In this document: one piece after another, positions 26,713 to 40,310 of the stretch | Position numbering within the stretch: position 1 is the first letter of the stretch | Layout of the letters: every line of letters begins with the position of its first letter | The notes under the pieces: generated by a model | What the model was told of the DNA's origin: nothing | The model's input: only the letters and a program-made list of their open reading frames with translations | Databases searched by the model: none | Assembly (NCBI RefSeq): GCF_006345805.1 | Contig: NC_042997.1 | Location: 31,558,001-31,622,000, forward strand | Direction: 5' to 3' | Length of the DNA: 64,000 nt | Origin: Octopus sinensis | Taxonomy: Eukaryota | Made by a program: the position numbers and the translations under genes

Positions 26713-26947
26713 ATATAAAACTGAGAATGAGTGTCTGTCTGTGTGAATCCCTAAAACTTGGGAACTACACATTCAAATCTTACACATGCCTTACTTAGGG
26801 TGCATATAGTGTCATGGGCAAAAAATGTTTAACTTCTTTCCTAGGGGGGACCCACAGCAATATCACATCTTCTCCACTATTTCAGTCTTACGTGTTAAAA
26901 CTGAAACAAAAGCATCTCTCTATTGTATGTATATGGATGTATATATA

Positions 26948-26997
<50 letters not shown>

Positions 26998-27364
26998 ACA
27001 TGTATATGTAAACATGTATGTCTAGATTATATATAGATGTACATGTAATATGTACATATATACATGCATACATATATATACCCATACACACACACACACA
27101 CACACACAAACCGATCCATCCCCACCCCTCACTCACACATACATAGGTGCAGGTGTGGCTGTGTGGTAACAAACCTGGTTCCAAAACACATGGTCCTCAG
27201 TTCAGTCCCACTGTGTGGTAACTTGGCATGTGTCTTCTGCTATAGCCTCAGACCAACCAAAGCCTCGTCAGTGGATTTTGTAGACAGAAACTAAAAGAAA
27301 TCAATTGTATGTATATGTATGAATATATGTAAGTCTATGTGTGTGTCTTTGTGTTTCTCCCTCA

Positions 27365-27705
27365 TCACACATTCCGCATTTGTCGCTACCGGTAGTGTTG
27401 TCTATTCTATACTTCATATAGTTGATCCATAACGCTTGTTCCTGAGCTGCACATATTAATGCTTCTGTCTCTATCTTCAGGTCACTCCACCTCATCCATA
27501 GCCACTGGTCCTGTGTGTCTGTCTTAGTGTTCACATCTCTTGCAAACTGGTCATTCATTTTCTTTCCCTTCCATGCCTTTCTTTTTTGTTCGTGTATACA
27601 TTCTTCTTTAGTTACACAATTTTCAATTTTGATGACGCCGGCCTTCGTGTGTTTCAACAGTGGCTACACGGCATTTTTTACATACCACCCTAAGTTCTTT
27701 TCCTC
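27365..27705 (-). mobile_element. Dong/R4-clade C-terminal fragment (region before the CCHC motif)
   Basis: GWYVKNAV*PLLKH...WKGKKMNDQFARD...QWLWMRWSDLKIETEALICAAQEQALWINYMKYRIDNTTGSDKCGMCDE, directly preceded by (TAA)n on its own strand. Confidence 0.85.
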
Positions 27706-27739
<34 letters not shown>

Positions 27740-27778
27740 GTAGTATTATTATTAGTAGTAGTAGTAGTAGTAGTAGTA

Positions 27779-28020
27779 AGGCAGCGAGCTAGCAGAGTTT
27801 GTTAGCACGCCAAACGAAGTGCTTAGCAGTATTTCGCCCATCGCTATGTTCTGAGTTCAAATTCTCAGAGATCGACTTTGCCTTTCATCCTTTCGGGGTC
27901 GATAAAATATGTACCACTTGGGTACTGAGGACAATAAAATCGACTATCCTCCTCTCCCAAATTGCAGACCTTGTGCTTGTAGTAGAAAGGATCATTATTG
28001 TTATTGTTATAAGAAAAGAT
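27779..28020 (+). mobile_element. SINE family A monomer with the short tail (ccttgtgc...gtagaaagga)
   Basis: aaggcagcgagctagcagag...gagttcaaattc...gcctttcatcctttcggggtcgataaa. Confidence 0.8.
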
Positions 28021-28031
28021 TATTATTATCA

Positions 28032-28570
28032 TTGAGTGAGAGAGCAGTTCATGCCATCAAAGTGACACTGGGGTAAAATATACGAAGCCCAATATACCCA
28101 TCATGACTACCCGTCTGATAAGGGTACATCAGGCACATGCATCACAACCATATGTGCGCGACATGGTGATCTCATATCAAGATAAACAGCACATGACCTT
28201 GCAGGTGGGGCCCAGTTAGAATTTTCTTCAGGTTGAGTAGCCCATCCCGCTCAAACGGTCCCTGAATAAGGGTTGTTTAAGGATGTTGAAAGAACCACCC
28301 ATGTTTCCAGAGGTGAATTATTCAAACCCCAAAGAATCCCTCTCAACACATGGCTATGATGCTCCCCCACTACTTCTGCTCGTGATCAGAGATGCACATA
28401 TCGTCAGCCACTAAGGGAAATGCTCAACTGGTTAAGGTCAAACAACTGACAAGCAAATCTGTGGTATTGAGCAGAATATTTGCTGTAGCCCATCTTTTAT
28501 ACCAAGACAAAACAATGTACATGATAACACTTCCAATCAGTTAAGATCAGAAGCCATGAGAGCCACTGCA
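28032..28570. mobile_element. Unclassified ~540-bp non-coding interspersed element embedded in (TAT)n
   Basis: (TAT)n on both sides. A homologous piece in the opposite orientation lies at 2933-2990 (ttggaagtg.tatcat.taca.tgttttgtcttggtataaaagat). Confidence 0.55.
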
Positions 28571-28574
28571 TCTA

Positions 28575-28589
28575 TTATTATCATTATTA

Positions 28590-28626
<37 letters not shown>

Positions 28627-28690
28627 TACTACTACTATTATTATATTATTATTATTATTATTATTATTATGATCATCATTATCATCATCA

Positions 28691-28745
<55 letters not shown>

Positions 28746-28754
28746 TACTACTAC

Positions 28755-28799
<45 letters not shown>

Positions 28800-28832
28800 C
28801 ATCATCATCATCATCATCATCATTATCATCAT
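28575..28832. repeat. (TAT)n/(CAT)n microsatellite
   Basis: Seen directly. Confidence 0.95.
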
Positions 28833-29454
28833 TCTGTTATATTTTTTTCTTAATACTGTAATAAACTTTCATCGGGAACTCCAGTTTGTAAGATCGGTTG
28901 CCACACGGCCTCGTCACCACAAGACAACAGTGGTGTTAATTACCATACACGGACGCATGAACAAGTCAACGTAAATGTAAATATAAACAGAGATGAAACA
29001 CATCTACACTGCACGGACTAAATATACATGTAAATACGTGTCGCCCTTCTCTACATACACAACCAAGCATTAGGAAAAAACCTTAGCACAGACACTTGAC
29101 GTAGGTAAATACACTGGAGCATGGATTTACGTACATATATATGAACACGTAAAGACAGATATTCACGCATACATATATATGCACAAAAACACATACAGAT
29201 ATATATATATATGTGTGTGTTGCGTGTGCGTGTTGTTTGACAAATCATACTTAAAAACAACACATATACATACACGTTTATATATGGACATATACAATAC
29301 CATCGGATATACATACACATGCATATCTGCACACATACACAAATGCATGTATGCGTAAATGGATGAACGCCTAGTTACGTACATAAATACATGAGTATAA
29401 ACATAGAGATTTGCATATATATATGTATATATATAAACAGGCTCACGTGAAAAC

Positions 29455-29970
29455 AAACATACATACATATACATAAAAACATATGCCCCTATATAAATCC
29501 AACCATACATACATACACACACATACATACATGCATGCATGCATGCATACATACATGCATACATACATACATACATACATACATACATACATGCATACAT
29601 GCATACATACATACATACATGCATACATACATACATTCATATATAGATACATACATACATACATTCATATATACATGCATACATACATACATACACACAC
29701 GCATACATACATACATGCATGCATACATACATGCATACATACATACATGCATACATACATACATACATACATGCATGCATACATACATACATGCATACAT
29801 ATATACATACATATATACATACATACTTACGTACATACATACATACATACATACATACATACATACTACATACATACATATATACATACATACATACATA
29901 CATACATACATACATACATAATACATACATACATACATACATACATACATACATACATACATACATGCAT
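29455..29970. repeat. (CATA)n/(CATG) tetranucleotide array, ~500 bp
   Basis: Seen directly. Confidence 0.95.
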
Positions 29971-30084
29971 GTGCACACTGAGGCACACTCTTAGCTTAAT
30001 ACATGGTGACATTCACACCAACGCGCATGCGGTGAAACCTACAATTAGGATATTATTAGATTTTCGCTGCGGCCATTAATCTTC

Positions 30085-30124
30085 CTCATCATTATAATCA
30101 TTACAAGCATCATCATCATCATCA

Positions 30125-30157
<33 letters not shown>

Positions 30158-30186
30158 TCGTTATCGCCGTCGTCGTCATTGTCTTT

Positions 30187-30220
<34 letters not shown>

Positions 30221-30566
30221 ACGTATTCGTCGTTATCATCATCACGAGCATCGACAGTAGAATCAGGATGAACGTGAAGGTCATCTTTTCCGTTTGTTAT
30301 CATCGTTATTGTCATCGTAAGCAACTTCCCATGCGATGCATCATCGTCATCATCATCATCATCATCGTCATCATCATCATCGTGCACCACCTCTACCATC
30401 ACCACCACCACTAACAACAACAACATCATATTCCTCTTCCTAATCATCATCACCACCATCATTATTGTAGGAGCTATTGTTATCGTCATCATCATCATCA
30501 TCATCATCGTCGTCATCATCATCATCACCATCGTCATCATCATCATCGTCATCGTCATCGTCGTCG

Positions 30567-30599
<33 letters not shown>

Positions 30600-31195
30600 C
30601 CACCACCACCATCATCATTATCATCACCATCATCATCATCGTGCACCCCCATCTCCACCACCACCACCACCACCAACAACAACAACACCATATTCCTCTT
30701 CCTAATCATTACCATCATCATTATTGTAGGAACTATTGTTATCGTCATCATCATCATCATCAGTAGCAGGAGCAGCGGCAGCAGTGCTATCATTGCTCAT
30801 TATCATTACATCTACGACCATTATCGTTGCCCTCATCACTATCGTCATCACCAATCATGTTCTGTATCTTTAGTTTCATCAATATTATCATCACAAACGT
30901 CGTCATTATCGCCGTTGGCATGATCAACATCAACATCATCATCGATGACATCGCCGTGATAATCATCATCATCATCATCATCATCGTCGTCGCCGTCGTC
31001 ATCGTTACCATCATGTCCGAATTTATCTTTATCACCGTTGTCAGCAACGTCATCATTACCATCTTCATTACCACCACCACCACCATCAACATCATCATCA
31101 TCGTCGTCATCATCGTCGTCATCATCATCATCATCATCGTCGTCATCATCGTCGTCATCATCATCATCATCATCATCATCTCATCATCATCATCC

Positions 31196-31235
<40 letters not shown>

Positions 31236-31642
31236 CATCATCATCCTCATCCTCATCATCATCCTCATCATCATCATCATCATCATCCTCATCATCATCA
31301 TCATCATCATCATCCTCATCATCATCATCATCATCATCATGCCAACCACCATCAACCGACATCACACCATCACCTTCAGCGACAGTGTCGTCCAACATCA
31401 TCGTTGTTTGCGACTGTTGTCTCTAACACCACCACCACCACCAAAACCACCACCACAACTACCACCACAACTACCACCACAACTACCACCACTACCAACA
31501 CTATGCTCCTCCACTGTTACTAACCCCCCCCCCTACACTCCGCCCAAAACACACACACACACACACTCACGATCATCTTCAGCACCAACCCAGACATCTC
31601 GAACACCATCAACGACAACCCCAGCCATGACAACAGTAGACC

Positions 31643-31683
<41 letters not shown>

Positions 31684-31694
31684 CACCACTACTA

Positions 31695-31728
<34 letters not shown>

Positions 31729-31784
31729 CACTACTATCATTACTACTACTACTACTACCACCACTACTACTACTATTACCCCTA

Positions 31785-31842
<58 letters not shown>

Positions 31843-31871
31843 CACCACCACTACTACTACCCCACCCCACC

Positions 31872-31935
<64 letters not shown>
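30085..31935. repeat. Compound trinucleotide field ((CAT)n, (CGT)n, (CAC)n, (CTA)n)
   Basis: Seen directly; source of the poly-D/S/H/Y ORFs. Confidence 0.9.
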
Positions 31936-32279
31936 AGCGTTTATTACGGTAATTACTATGATTAGAAATGCTAAATATATCTCTCTTTAACGTCACACGC
32001 TTGCTTGTCTTCTCCTTCTCGCCCTTCATCCCGGTTCCGCTTTCGATCCATCTTCCTCCGCATCTCATCACCCATCCTCTAACATTATTCTTTTCTTTTG
32101 TTCCTTCTCACTCTTCCTGTCACCTCTCAACTTCTCACCTCCACTCCCGACTGGCTGTCTGTTGCCTCTCAGGCAGTGTACGCATTCGTACATACATGCA
32201 TATATACATACATAAATATATACCTACATACATACATATATACATACATACGTATATACAGACAGACAGACAGACAAAC

Positions 32280-32347
<68 letters not shown>

Positions 32348-32360
32348 GTAGGTAGGTAGG

Positions 32361-32414
<54 letters not shown>

Positions 32415-32416
<2 letters not shown>

Positions 32417-32790
32417 AAGATAAGTTTCTTTATTGGCCACACAGGGCTGCACACAGATGGGACAAGTTACAAGGTAGAGCTTTTCTTTTGGGGAATGAAG
32501 AGAACAAAAAACAAAAGAAAAAAAGGGGGTGGCGTAGGTTTTCGATCAAGAGGGATCGTAAAAGGGAAGAAAAGAACAAAAACCAAAAAAAAAAAGAAAA
32601 ATTGAATAAAATAAAAAGAAAAAAAAAGAAAAATTGAATAAAATAAAAAGAATAAAAAGAAAAAAAAAGAAAAGGAAAAGGAAGAAAAGGAAAGAGAAAT
32701 GAAAAAAGAAGAAAAAAGGGGAAAAAAGGGGAAGAAGAAAAAAAAAGAACGATCAATAGGGATCGTATAGATAGATAGATAGATAGATAG

Positions 32791-32822
<32 letters not shown>

Positions 32823-33138
32823 AAGATAAGTTTCTTTATTGGCCACACAGGGCTGCACACAGATGGGACAAGTTACAAGGTAGAGCTTTTCTTTTGGGGA
32901 ATGAAGAGAACAAAAAACAAAAGAAAAAAAGGGGTTGGCGTAGGTTTTCGATCAAGAGGGATCGTAAAAGGGAAGAAAAGAACAAAAACCAAAAAAAAAA
33001 AGAAAAATTGAATAAAATAAAAAGAATAAAAAGAAAAAAAAGAAAAGGAAAAGGAAGAAAAGGAAAGAGAAATGAAAAAAGAAGAAAAAAGGGGAAAAAA
33101 GGGGAAGAGGAAAAAAAAGAACGATCAATAGGGATCGT

Positions 33139-33139
<1 letters not shown>
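32415..33139 (-). mobile_element. Two tandem copies of a retroposon 3' end (T-rich UTR plus AATAAA) within (GATA)n
   Basis: Copies at 32415-32768 and 32821-33139 are nearly identical and separated and flanked by (GATA)n. The minus strand ends ...gcagccctgtgtggccAATAAAgaaac. A third copy is at 55345-55476 (+). Confidence 0.75.
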
Positions 33140-33181
<42 letters not shown>

Positions 33182-34036
33182 TGTGTGCATGTATATATGT
33201 ATGTATGTATGTATTGGCCGAGTATACAGGCATTGTTGTATCGGACATTTTAAATTTAGTCTTTCGGTAAAGCTAGCAGACGAAGATCAATCAGTTTTAC
33301 GATAACAAACATATTCTGAAAAGTCCGAAACTCAAGTACTAGACTGTCCATTTCCCTTGCGTTCTTCCTAGAGGTAAGACGAAACTTTTCCATGTCCGCC
33401 GCCCGCACACACCTTTGCTTCAATACATTCAGTGAAGCTTTACCAAGCGTCGAACGGTTATCGACGGCTATTTCCAGCAAAAATTGGTACTTTATTGTGC
33501 CACTATTTCCTATGTTTATATATGTATGTTTGTATATATATATATATATATACAAACGATGAATAGCCTTCGCGTAAAGCACTGGTTCGTTTTGTTCTCT
33601 TACTTTATTATCATCTTATAATCATCTCATAATAATGACCTTTATGACTGGTATTACTGCCTCAGTCAATCTTAATGTATATATTTGTCACTACCTGTCA
33701 TAAATACCCTTTTTCTATTTGCAATATGCATTTTCGTTGATTTTTCATATTTTACCCTTACATTTCCACGAGTATTTTCTATTTTCTTTTCGTAACATAT
33801 TTCTACTGGGCTTTAAGGATGTCGCAGAAGGCCCGGCTGGAGGCCCAGCCTTCCGAGTTCTTTCACAGAGCTTAGTAAAATTGAAGGACCGCTTTAATAA
33901 GAGAGTCAATCTGAGAGAGGAATATGTTGAATAAAATCATAATTAACAGGTCCTCCTGTATATTCTCTTACTCCAAACCAGAAAACTTTGAACACCCCAT
34001 CTTGTGTGTATGTGTATATATGCCAATATACATATA

Positions 34037-34344
34037 TCACCGTCACCGTGACCGACCAGGCTATCAGATGTTGCTACACGTCGCTGGTCACAATGTGATT
34101 CGCATTGTTTTAGCCTTCAATTGGCGCCACCCCACTGGCTAAGCAAGCAGGCCAACAGAAGAAAGAGTGAGAGAAAGTTGTGGCGAAAGAGTACAGCAGG
34201 GATCACGACCATCCCCTGCCGGAGCGTCGTGGAGCTTTAGGTGTTTTCGCTCAATAAACACTCACAACGCCCGGTCTGGGAATCGAAACCGCGATCCTAC
34301 GACCGCGTGTCCGCTGCCTTACCCACTGGGCTATTGCGCCTCCA
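34037..34344 (-). mobile_element. SINE with a family B head and an alternative 3' tail
   Basis: The head matches 10605-10966 up to actttctctcactc, then a different tail ends in cggtcacggtgacggtgata. Confidence 0.75.
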
Positions 34345-35647
34345 CACATATATATGCACTCATAACTACTTTCTATTCATTTCATTTTCATGTCTTTCAC
34401 TCTTTCTTTCCCTCCCATTCTCCCTCCTCTCTCTCCATCTCTTTCTTTCTCTCTCTCTCTCTCTCTCTCTCCATCTCTTTCTCTCTCCTTCCCAATTGTG
34501 TCTCAAAGGTGCAATTATTGACAACAACTTTCTTGCAGAAACATTGATCACTCCCAGTATTGTCAAACGACTTTACCGTCTTTGTCAATCTTTCTCTGTT
34601 AACATCGACGGAGGCCACGGCGTAACTGACTGGATAAAGAGAGCAGATAAAACTCAACTGTCTTCGCAGAAAGCCAGCGGAGGGTGAGGTGAAACGTCCC
34701 AGGATGAGGTGACAACAGTTATTTTTGTGGCATTGATACTTTACACATTGTTCACTCCCACACTCTGACACTATCCCTGTGCACTTCTTTATCTCCACTC
34801 TCCCTCTCACTGTCCCCTTCTCTCTCCCCCTTTCTCTCTCCCCCTTTCTCTCTCGTAGTCTCAGACAATATTTCTTTTTCTCTCACTTTAAACAAACACT
34901 ATTCTATTTCTAGCATTTTAAACAAATAAACGCATACGTACTCTTATTCATACACACCAATTTATATACAAACAATCATAAACGCATATATACGAACACA
35001 TATATATATACATACAGATGTAAACTCATGCATTCATGCATACATAAATATATACGTACATGCACGCATATACATAAATACACATGCACTCGTACGGCTA
35101 TATACAAACCATTGACACTCAAATGACATTGTCACGTGTGAAGAACGACAAGCAAAATTGAAACATTAGCCGCCGATTCCCATCCGTTTATAACACTTGG
35201 CATCTTCATTGCTGTCATGTGATTATCAACTCTGCTCCTTTTCATGCTAAATTCCCACTTTCCCTCCCTCCCTCCTCTTCTTCCACCTACCAACCCTGTA
35301 GCCCCTTAACAACCAGGTCTCAGTAATTCATCTCTCCTCTGCATTTTGTATGATACTTCGTCAGCTCTTCATCACATGCCTGTTTTGTTGGTGTTCCCTT
35401 GGTTGCGTCGTATTATTATTATTATTTTTTTTTTAGTCTTGTTTCTTATTTTGTAACAACCCTTTAATTAGAGGAGACTTTGTTTAACTTATTTCACTGA
35501 CAGGACGAAAAGTCAATGTTACAGGGAGAATCTATGTAGGTACTTAAACAGCCGGACGAAGTATCCATGTCTCTCTCATATCAGATCAGTTTTTTTTTAT
35601 AGTACTTTTTATATGCCACAACTTTCCCCAAGAGGGACAGAACACAT

Positions 35648-35880
35648 TTACTCTTTTACTCTTTTACTCTTTTACTTGTTTCAGTCATTTGACTGCGGCC
35701 ATGCTGGAGCACCGCCTTTAGTCGAGCAACTCGACCCCAGAACTTACTCTTTGTAAGCCCAGTACTTATTCTATCGGTCTCTTTTTGCCGAACCGCTAAG
35801 TGACGAGGACGTAAACACACCAGCATCGGTTGTCAAGTGATGTTGGGGGGACAAATGCACACACACAAACACACACACAC

Positions 35881-35969
<89 letters not shown>

Positions 35970-36135
35970 TACGACAGGCTTCTTTAGGTTTCCGTCTACC
36001 AAATCCACTCACAAGGCATTGGTCGGCCCGGAACTATAGCAGAACACACTTGCCCAAGATGCCACGCAGTGGGACTGAACCCGGAACCCTGTGGTTGGTT
36101 AGCAAGCTATTTACCACACAGCCACTCCTACGCCA
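35648..36135 (-). mobile_element. SINE family D, full length, expanded internal microsatellite
   Basis: (ttactctt)n tail and internal (AC)n(TA)n of ~140 bp; an additional 3' half at 36172-36430. Confidence 0.9.
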
Positions 36136-36574
36136 TTTAGTTATAAAAATGCAGCAAAAGCATGTCTTTATCTGTTATCATTTACTTGTTTCAGTCACTG
36201 GATTGCGGCCATGCTGGGGCACCGCTTTGATGGGTTTACCCAAACACATCGACCCCAGCACTTATTTTTTACAGTTTAGTATTTATCCTATCGGTATATT
36301 TTGTCGAACCGCTAAGTTATGGGATGTAAACAAGCGGCATCAGTTGTCAAGCAGTGGTTGGGAGCAAATACGAACACAGAGATACATACTTATTTTCAGG
36401 CACGCACGCACAGACACACACACACACAGACACACACACACATTTCTCCATATTTTACCTTTCAACCCTTTCTGTCAAAGACCGTAGGATCGGGCGTCAA
36501 ACTAGTACACTTGCTTGATGTTCCTTCACCTGTCTTCGTAAATTTGGACTATATATATGTATATAGTAAATTTG

Positions 36575-36631
<57 letters not shown>

Positions 36632-37163
36632 CAATATTTCACAGAAGTATGTACACCCTAAAAGTTTCAGTAAAGTGCCATTACTCTGATTATATCGAAG
36701 GAAATCAAACGAAATTTGTACTGAATAAAATGTATTATACATTCAAACATTATACAAAGTTGGAATGCGAAACTAAACATTTTCAAAGATATGAACGAAA
36801 TATAAATTTTCAAACTATACAAAAAATATGTACACCCTAAAGGATTATTTGTTATATTCAAAATTTGGTGTGACCGCCCTGGCTTTCAATGACTGCATTA
36901 AGTCATCTGTGCATATAGTCGACAAAATTTCCGCATATAACCGGTGAAATTAACCTCCAGTCATCCTGAATGATGTCTTTCAACTGTGTTACATTGCTGG
37001 TTCTTTTTCCTCTTCAACCTTCCTTTACAAAACATCCTATTGGGTTTAAATCAGGTGACATATTTCGTTCATATCTTTGAAAATGTTTATTGTTTTGTGT
37101 TCCAAATTTGTATAATATATGGATCTTATTCAGTATAAATTTCGTTTGATTTCCTTCGACATT
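36632..37163 (-). mobile_element. Deleted Tc1-like element with IR/DR-type long TIR
   Basis: TA|caatatttcacagaagtatgtacaccc...caaaaaatatgtacaccc (direct repeats ~180 bp apart). The minus strand encodes SPDLNPI...DWRLISPVICGNFVDYMHR*LNAVIESQGGHTKF*. 37060-37163 is an inverted partial TIR. Confidence 0.8.
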
Positions 37164-37182
37164 ATAAGAATAATAATAATTT

Positions 37183-37522
37183 TACTTTTCGTTTTTGGAT
37201 TTGGTTTGCAAGATTCTTTATATGAGTTCGTGTGTTGAAGCATATTCTATTGTATCTGGGGAGAGTAATTTTCTTTTTGTGCCTTATTATGTAACACACC
37301 CACCGGTAAAATTTCCACTTCTTTCTTATTTTTATTGTCCTACAATTTTCGTTGCGTCTTGCAACTTTTTCAGTAGTTTTGACTCAAACTATTGAAAAGG
37401 TTGCAAGACGCAACGAAAATTTTAGGACAACAAAAATAAGAAAAACGTGGAAATTTTACCGGTGAGTGTGTTACATAATAAGGCACAAAAAGAAAATGAC
37501 TCTCCCCAGACACAATAGAATA
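37183..37522. repeat. Head-to-head inverted duplication of an interspersed repeat (280-bp palindrome)
   Basis: Arms at 37243-37379 and 37386-37522 with spacer tgactc; a monomeric copy at 58470-58670. Confidence 0.9.
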
Positions 37523-37622
37523 ATTTTACTGAAATATTTTTAGCGGTGTACGTACTTCTGTGAGATACTATATATATATATATGGCCGCGGCCTTCTGGC
37601 TAAAACATTTTTAAGGATTTAA

Positions 37623-37770
<148 letters not shown>

Positions 37771-38974
37771 CAAATAGATAGATAGACGACAAGCTTCCAC
37801 ATAGTTTTCGTCTACCAAATTCACTCTCACGGCATTAGTCGAAGCTATTGCAGAAAACACTTTCCCAAGGTGCCGTGCAGCGGGACTGAAACTGAAATGA
37901 GATAACTACAAAGCGATTTCGTTAATCACACGACCGTGTCTGCGCCTATATCAGAATAAAATTAACATTGGAATTACTTTGGAACGCTTATGATCATAAT
38001 TCTTTTGTATCAGAGATCAGCTGGAGACAAACAACAATAGGAAGACTGTCGACTAAGCCTTATAATTGCCCTTCAGCTGCTAGAAATAGTAACAAAATCA
38101 TCCGTAAAAGACATACTACTACCATTTTAAAATGGCGGGGGCACCTTGGGGAATGCAGTCCTGCGGGCAGTGAATCAGAAGTTTAACGCAAATGCGTGGC
38201 TGACGGATTTCTAAGAAGGTCTGCTGAATCAAACCGGATCTAAGAACCAGACAGCAGCTTGATTTCCCTTTCTTGCCAACAACTGATCTTCTATATGAAC
38301 ATAAGACCTACAGGAAGGAGCAGACAAATTTCATTGTAATCACATAGTATTGTCTTTGATTAAATAAGGAAAACAATTGTATAATGTGACCCTAGATACA
38401 GTAAGTTTGCGAAGAAAAAATAAACTGCTTAACTGTATCTGAAACATCCTTGACCATTGGCCTCCAAGAGCACAGCTGTCCTCGAACTAAACTGTATGAT
38501 GTGAGGGATTTTTGTTGCTATTTCTATCTGATCGAGCGACCACAGGTTCAATAATATGTGAAGCAGTAAAACGTTGCTATGTGATTCATCATGCGAACTA
38601 CAGTAAGGCATGATTACTATCGTTTGTAATGTGAGTTTGAATCCCGTCGAGGTGACTTTGACTTACATCCTGTCGAGGTCGATAAGATAAGCACCAGCCG
38701 AGCTCTAGGATCGGTGTAATCGACTACGCCCTTCCCTTCAAATTTCAGGCCTGGTGCCTATAGTAGTTGAATAGAGGTAGAATCGTCTGACCGTCGGAAT
38801 AAATGCTTTCTTGTTTTTCTCTTATCTCTTTACGTTCTGAGTTCAAATCCCACTGCAGTCAGTTTTGTATTTCTTTTTCCTAAATTTAACAAAAAGTTCT
38901 AGTCAAATACCGGATCGACGCATTCGACTAACTTACTTTCTCCAAATTTCAGATCTATTATCTTTTATTCTTTT

Positions 38975-39153
38975 ATTCTTTTATTTGTTTCAGTCATTTT
39001 ACCCCGGTCATGCTGGAGCACCGAACAAGTCGACCCCAGGACTTATTCTTTGTTAGTCTAGTACTTATTCTATCGGTTCTCTTTTGCCGAACCACTAAGT
39101 TACAGGGACGTAAACACACCAGCATCGGTTGTCAAGTGATGTTGGGGGTACAA

Positions 39154-39185
<32 letters not shown>

Positions 39186-39350
39186 TTATATATACGACGG
39201 GCTTCTTTCAGTTTCCGTCTACCGAATCCACTCACAAGGCTTTGGTCGGCCCGAGGCTATAGTAGATGACGCTTGCCCAAGGTACCACGCAGTAGGACAG
39301 AACCCAGACCGATGTGGTTGGTAAGCAAGCTACTTACCACACAGCCACGC
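38975..39350 (-). mobile_element. SINE family D
   Basis: Collinear; internal (AC)n(TA) tract of ~50 bp. Confidence 0.85.
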
Positions 39351-40310
39351 CCGCAATCTTAGCAACAATTACTATTGGTTTTGGTGCATAGCTCCAAATC
39401 AGCGTTGATCGAACTGGTCTTTAAGCTAAGGCATTCCAATCGTCAACATCCTGATATTTTAGAAATATTTACAACTAAATAAATTATCTCACGGCCCAGT
39501 TTCTTCTTTATATTATTTTATTAAAAATATGCTGTAATTTGAGAGAATTTTGGCTGCTATTTCTAGCAGGCTGATTAGTTGAGTGGAGGCTCCTATGCTG
39601 GCTCGTGTTGTTGACGTTGTTGATATTGTCATTACTGATCCGACGACAATAATGATGTTATTCTGACAATAATTATCCTCGTTGCTAATCTCCGTTCCCA
39701 TTTATCCCTGACTCCTTATCTCTCAGCCAATCACTCAAATAAAATCTGACTGCGTATCACATTTCGCAGATCCAGTTACACTTTGTCCACGATCCATCTG
39801 GCATGATAACCTTCAGTAATAATTCCTGCTAATATCTCTCTCTAATTCTTCCTCCTCCTCTGAATTTCCTTCTCATCTGCTTCGCCATCCCACCATTTAC
39901 GTTTTAGTTCACTGTCTAACCCTGTGTTCATCTTTTTAGTATATCACTGTACTTTACTCTCCAATCAACCCTCTCTCTTCCCTCAACGCTCCATTTTCCC
40001 CTTTCGAGACGCCCTGAAGAGAAATAAGTACTAGCGTCTAATGTGAATTGAAACCGGTTCGCAGCAGTGACAGAGGTTTATATTTGCCTCTGCTCAAAGG
40101 CATTAGAGTTGGCTGCCTTGAATCAACAACAAAATATATTTTAGAGTAGACAAAAAGCATTAGGTTTTTGTCGTCTAGTGGTATACATGCCTTTCTCAAA
40201 GGCAGTTTGCGGCGTAAAATAAACAAAATTACATCAGCCAGGAATCCAGAGCAACATCAGAAAATCAAACTCGCCGTCAAGCGTGCTGTCTGCTTTATTG
40301 CACAAATGGT

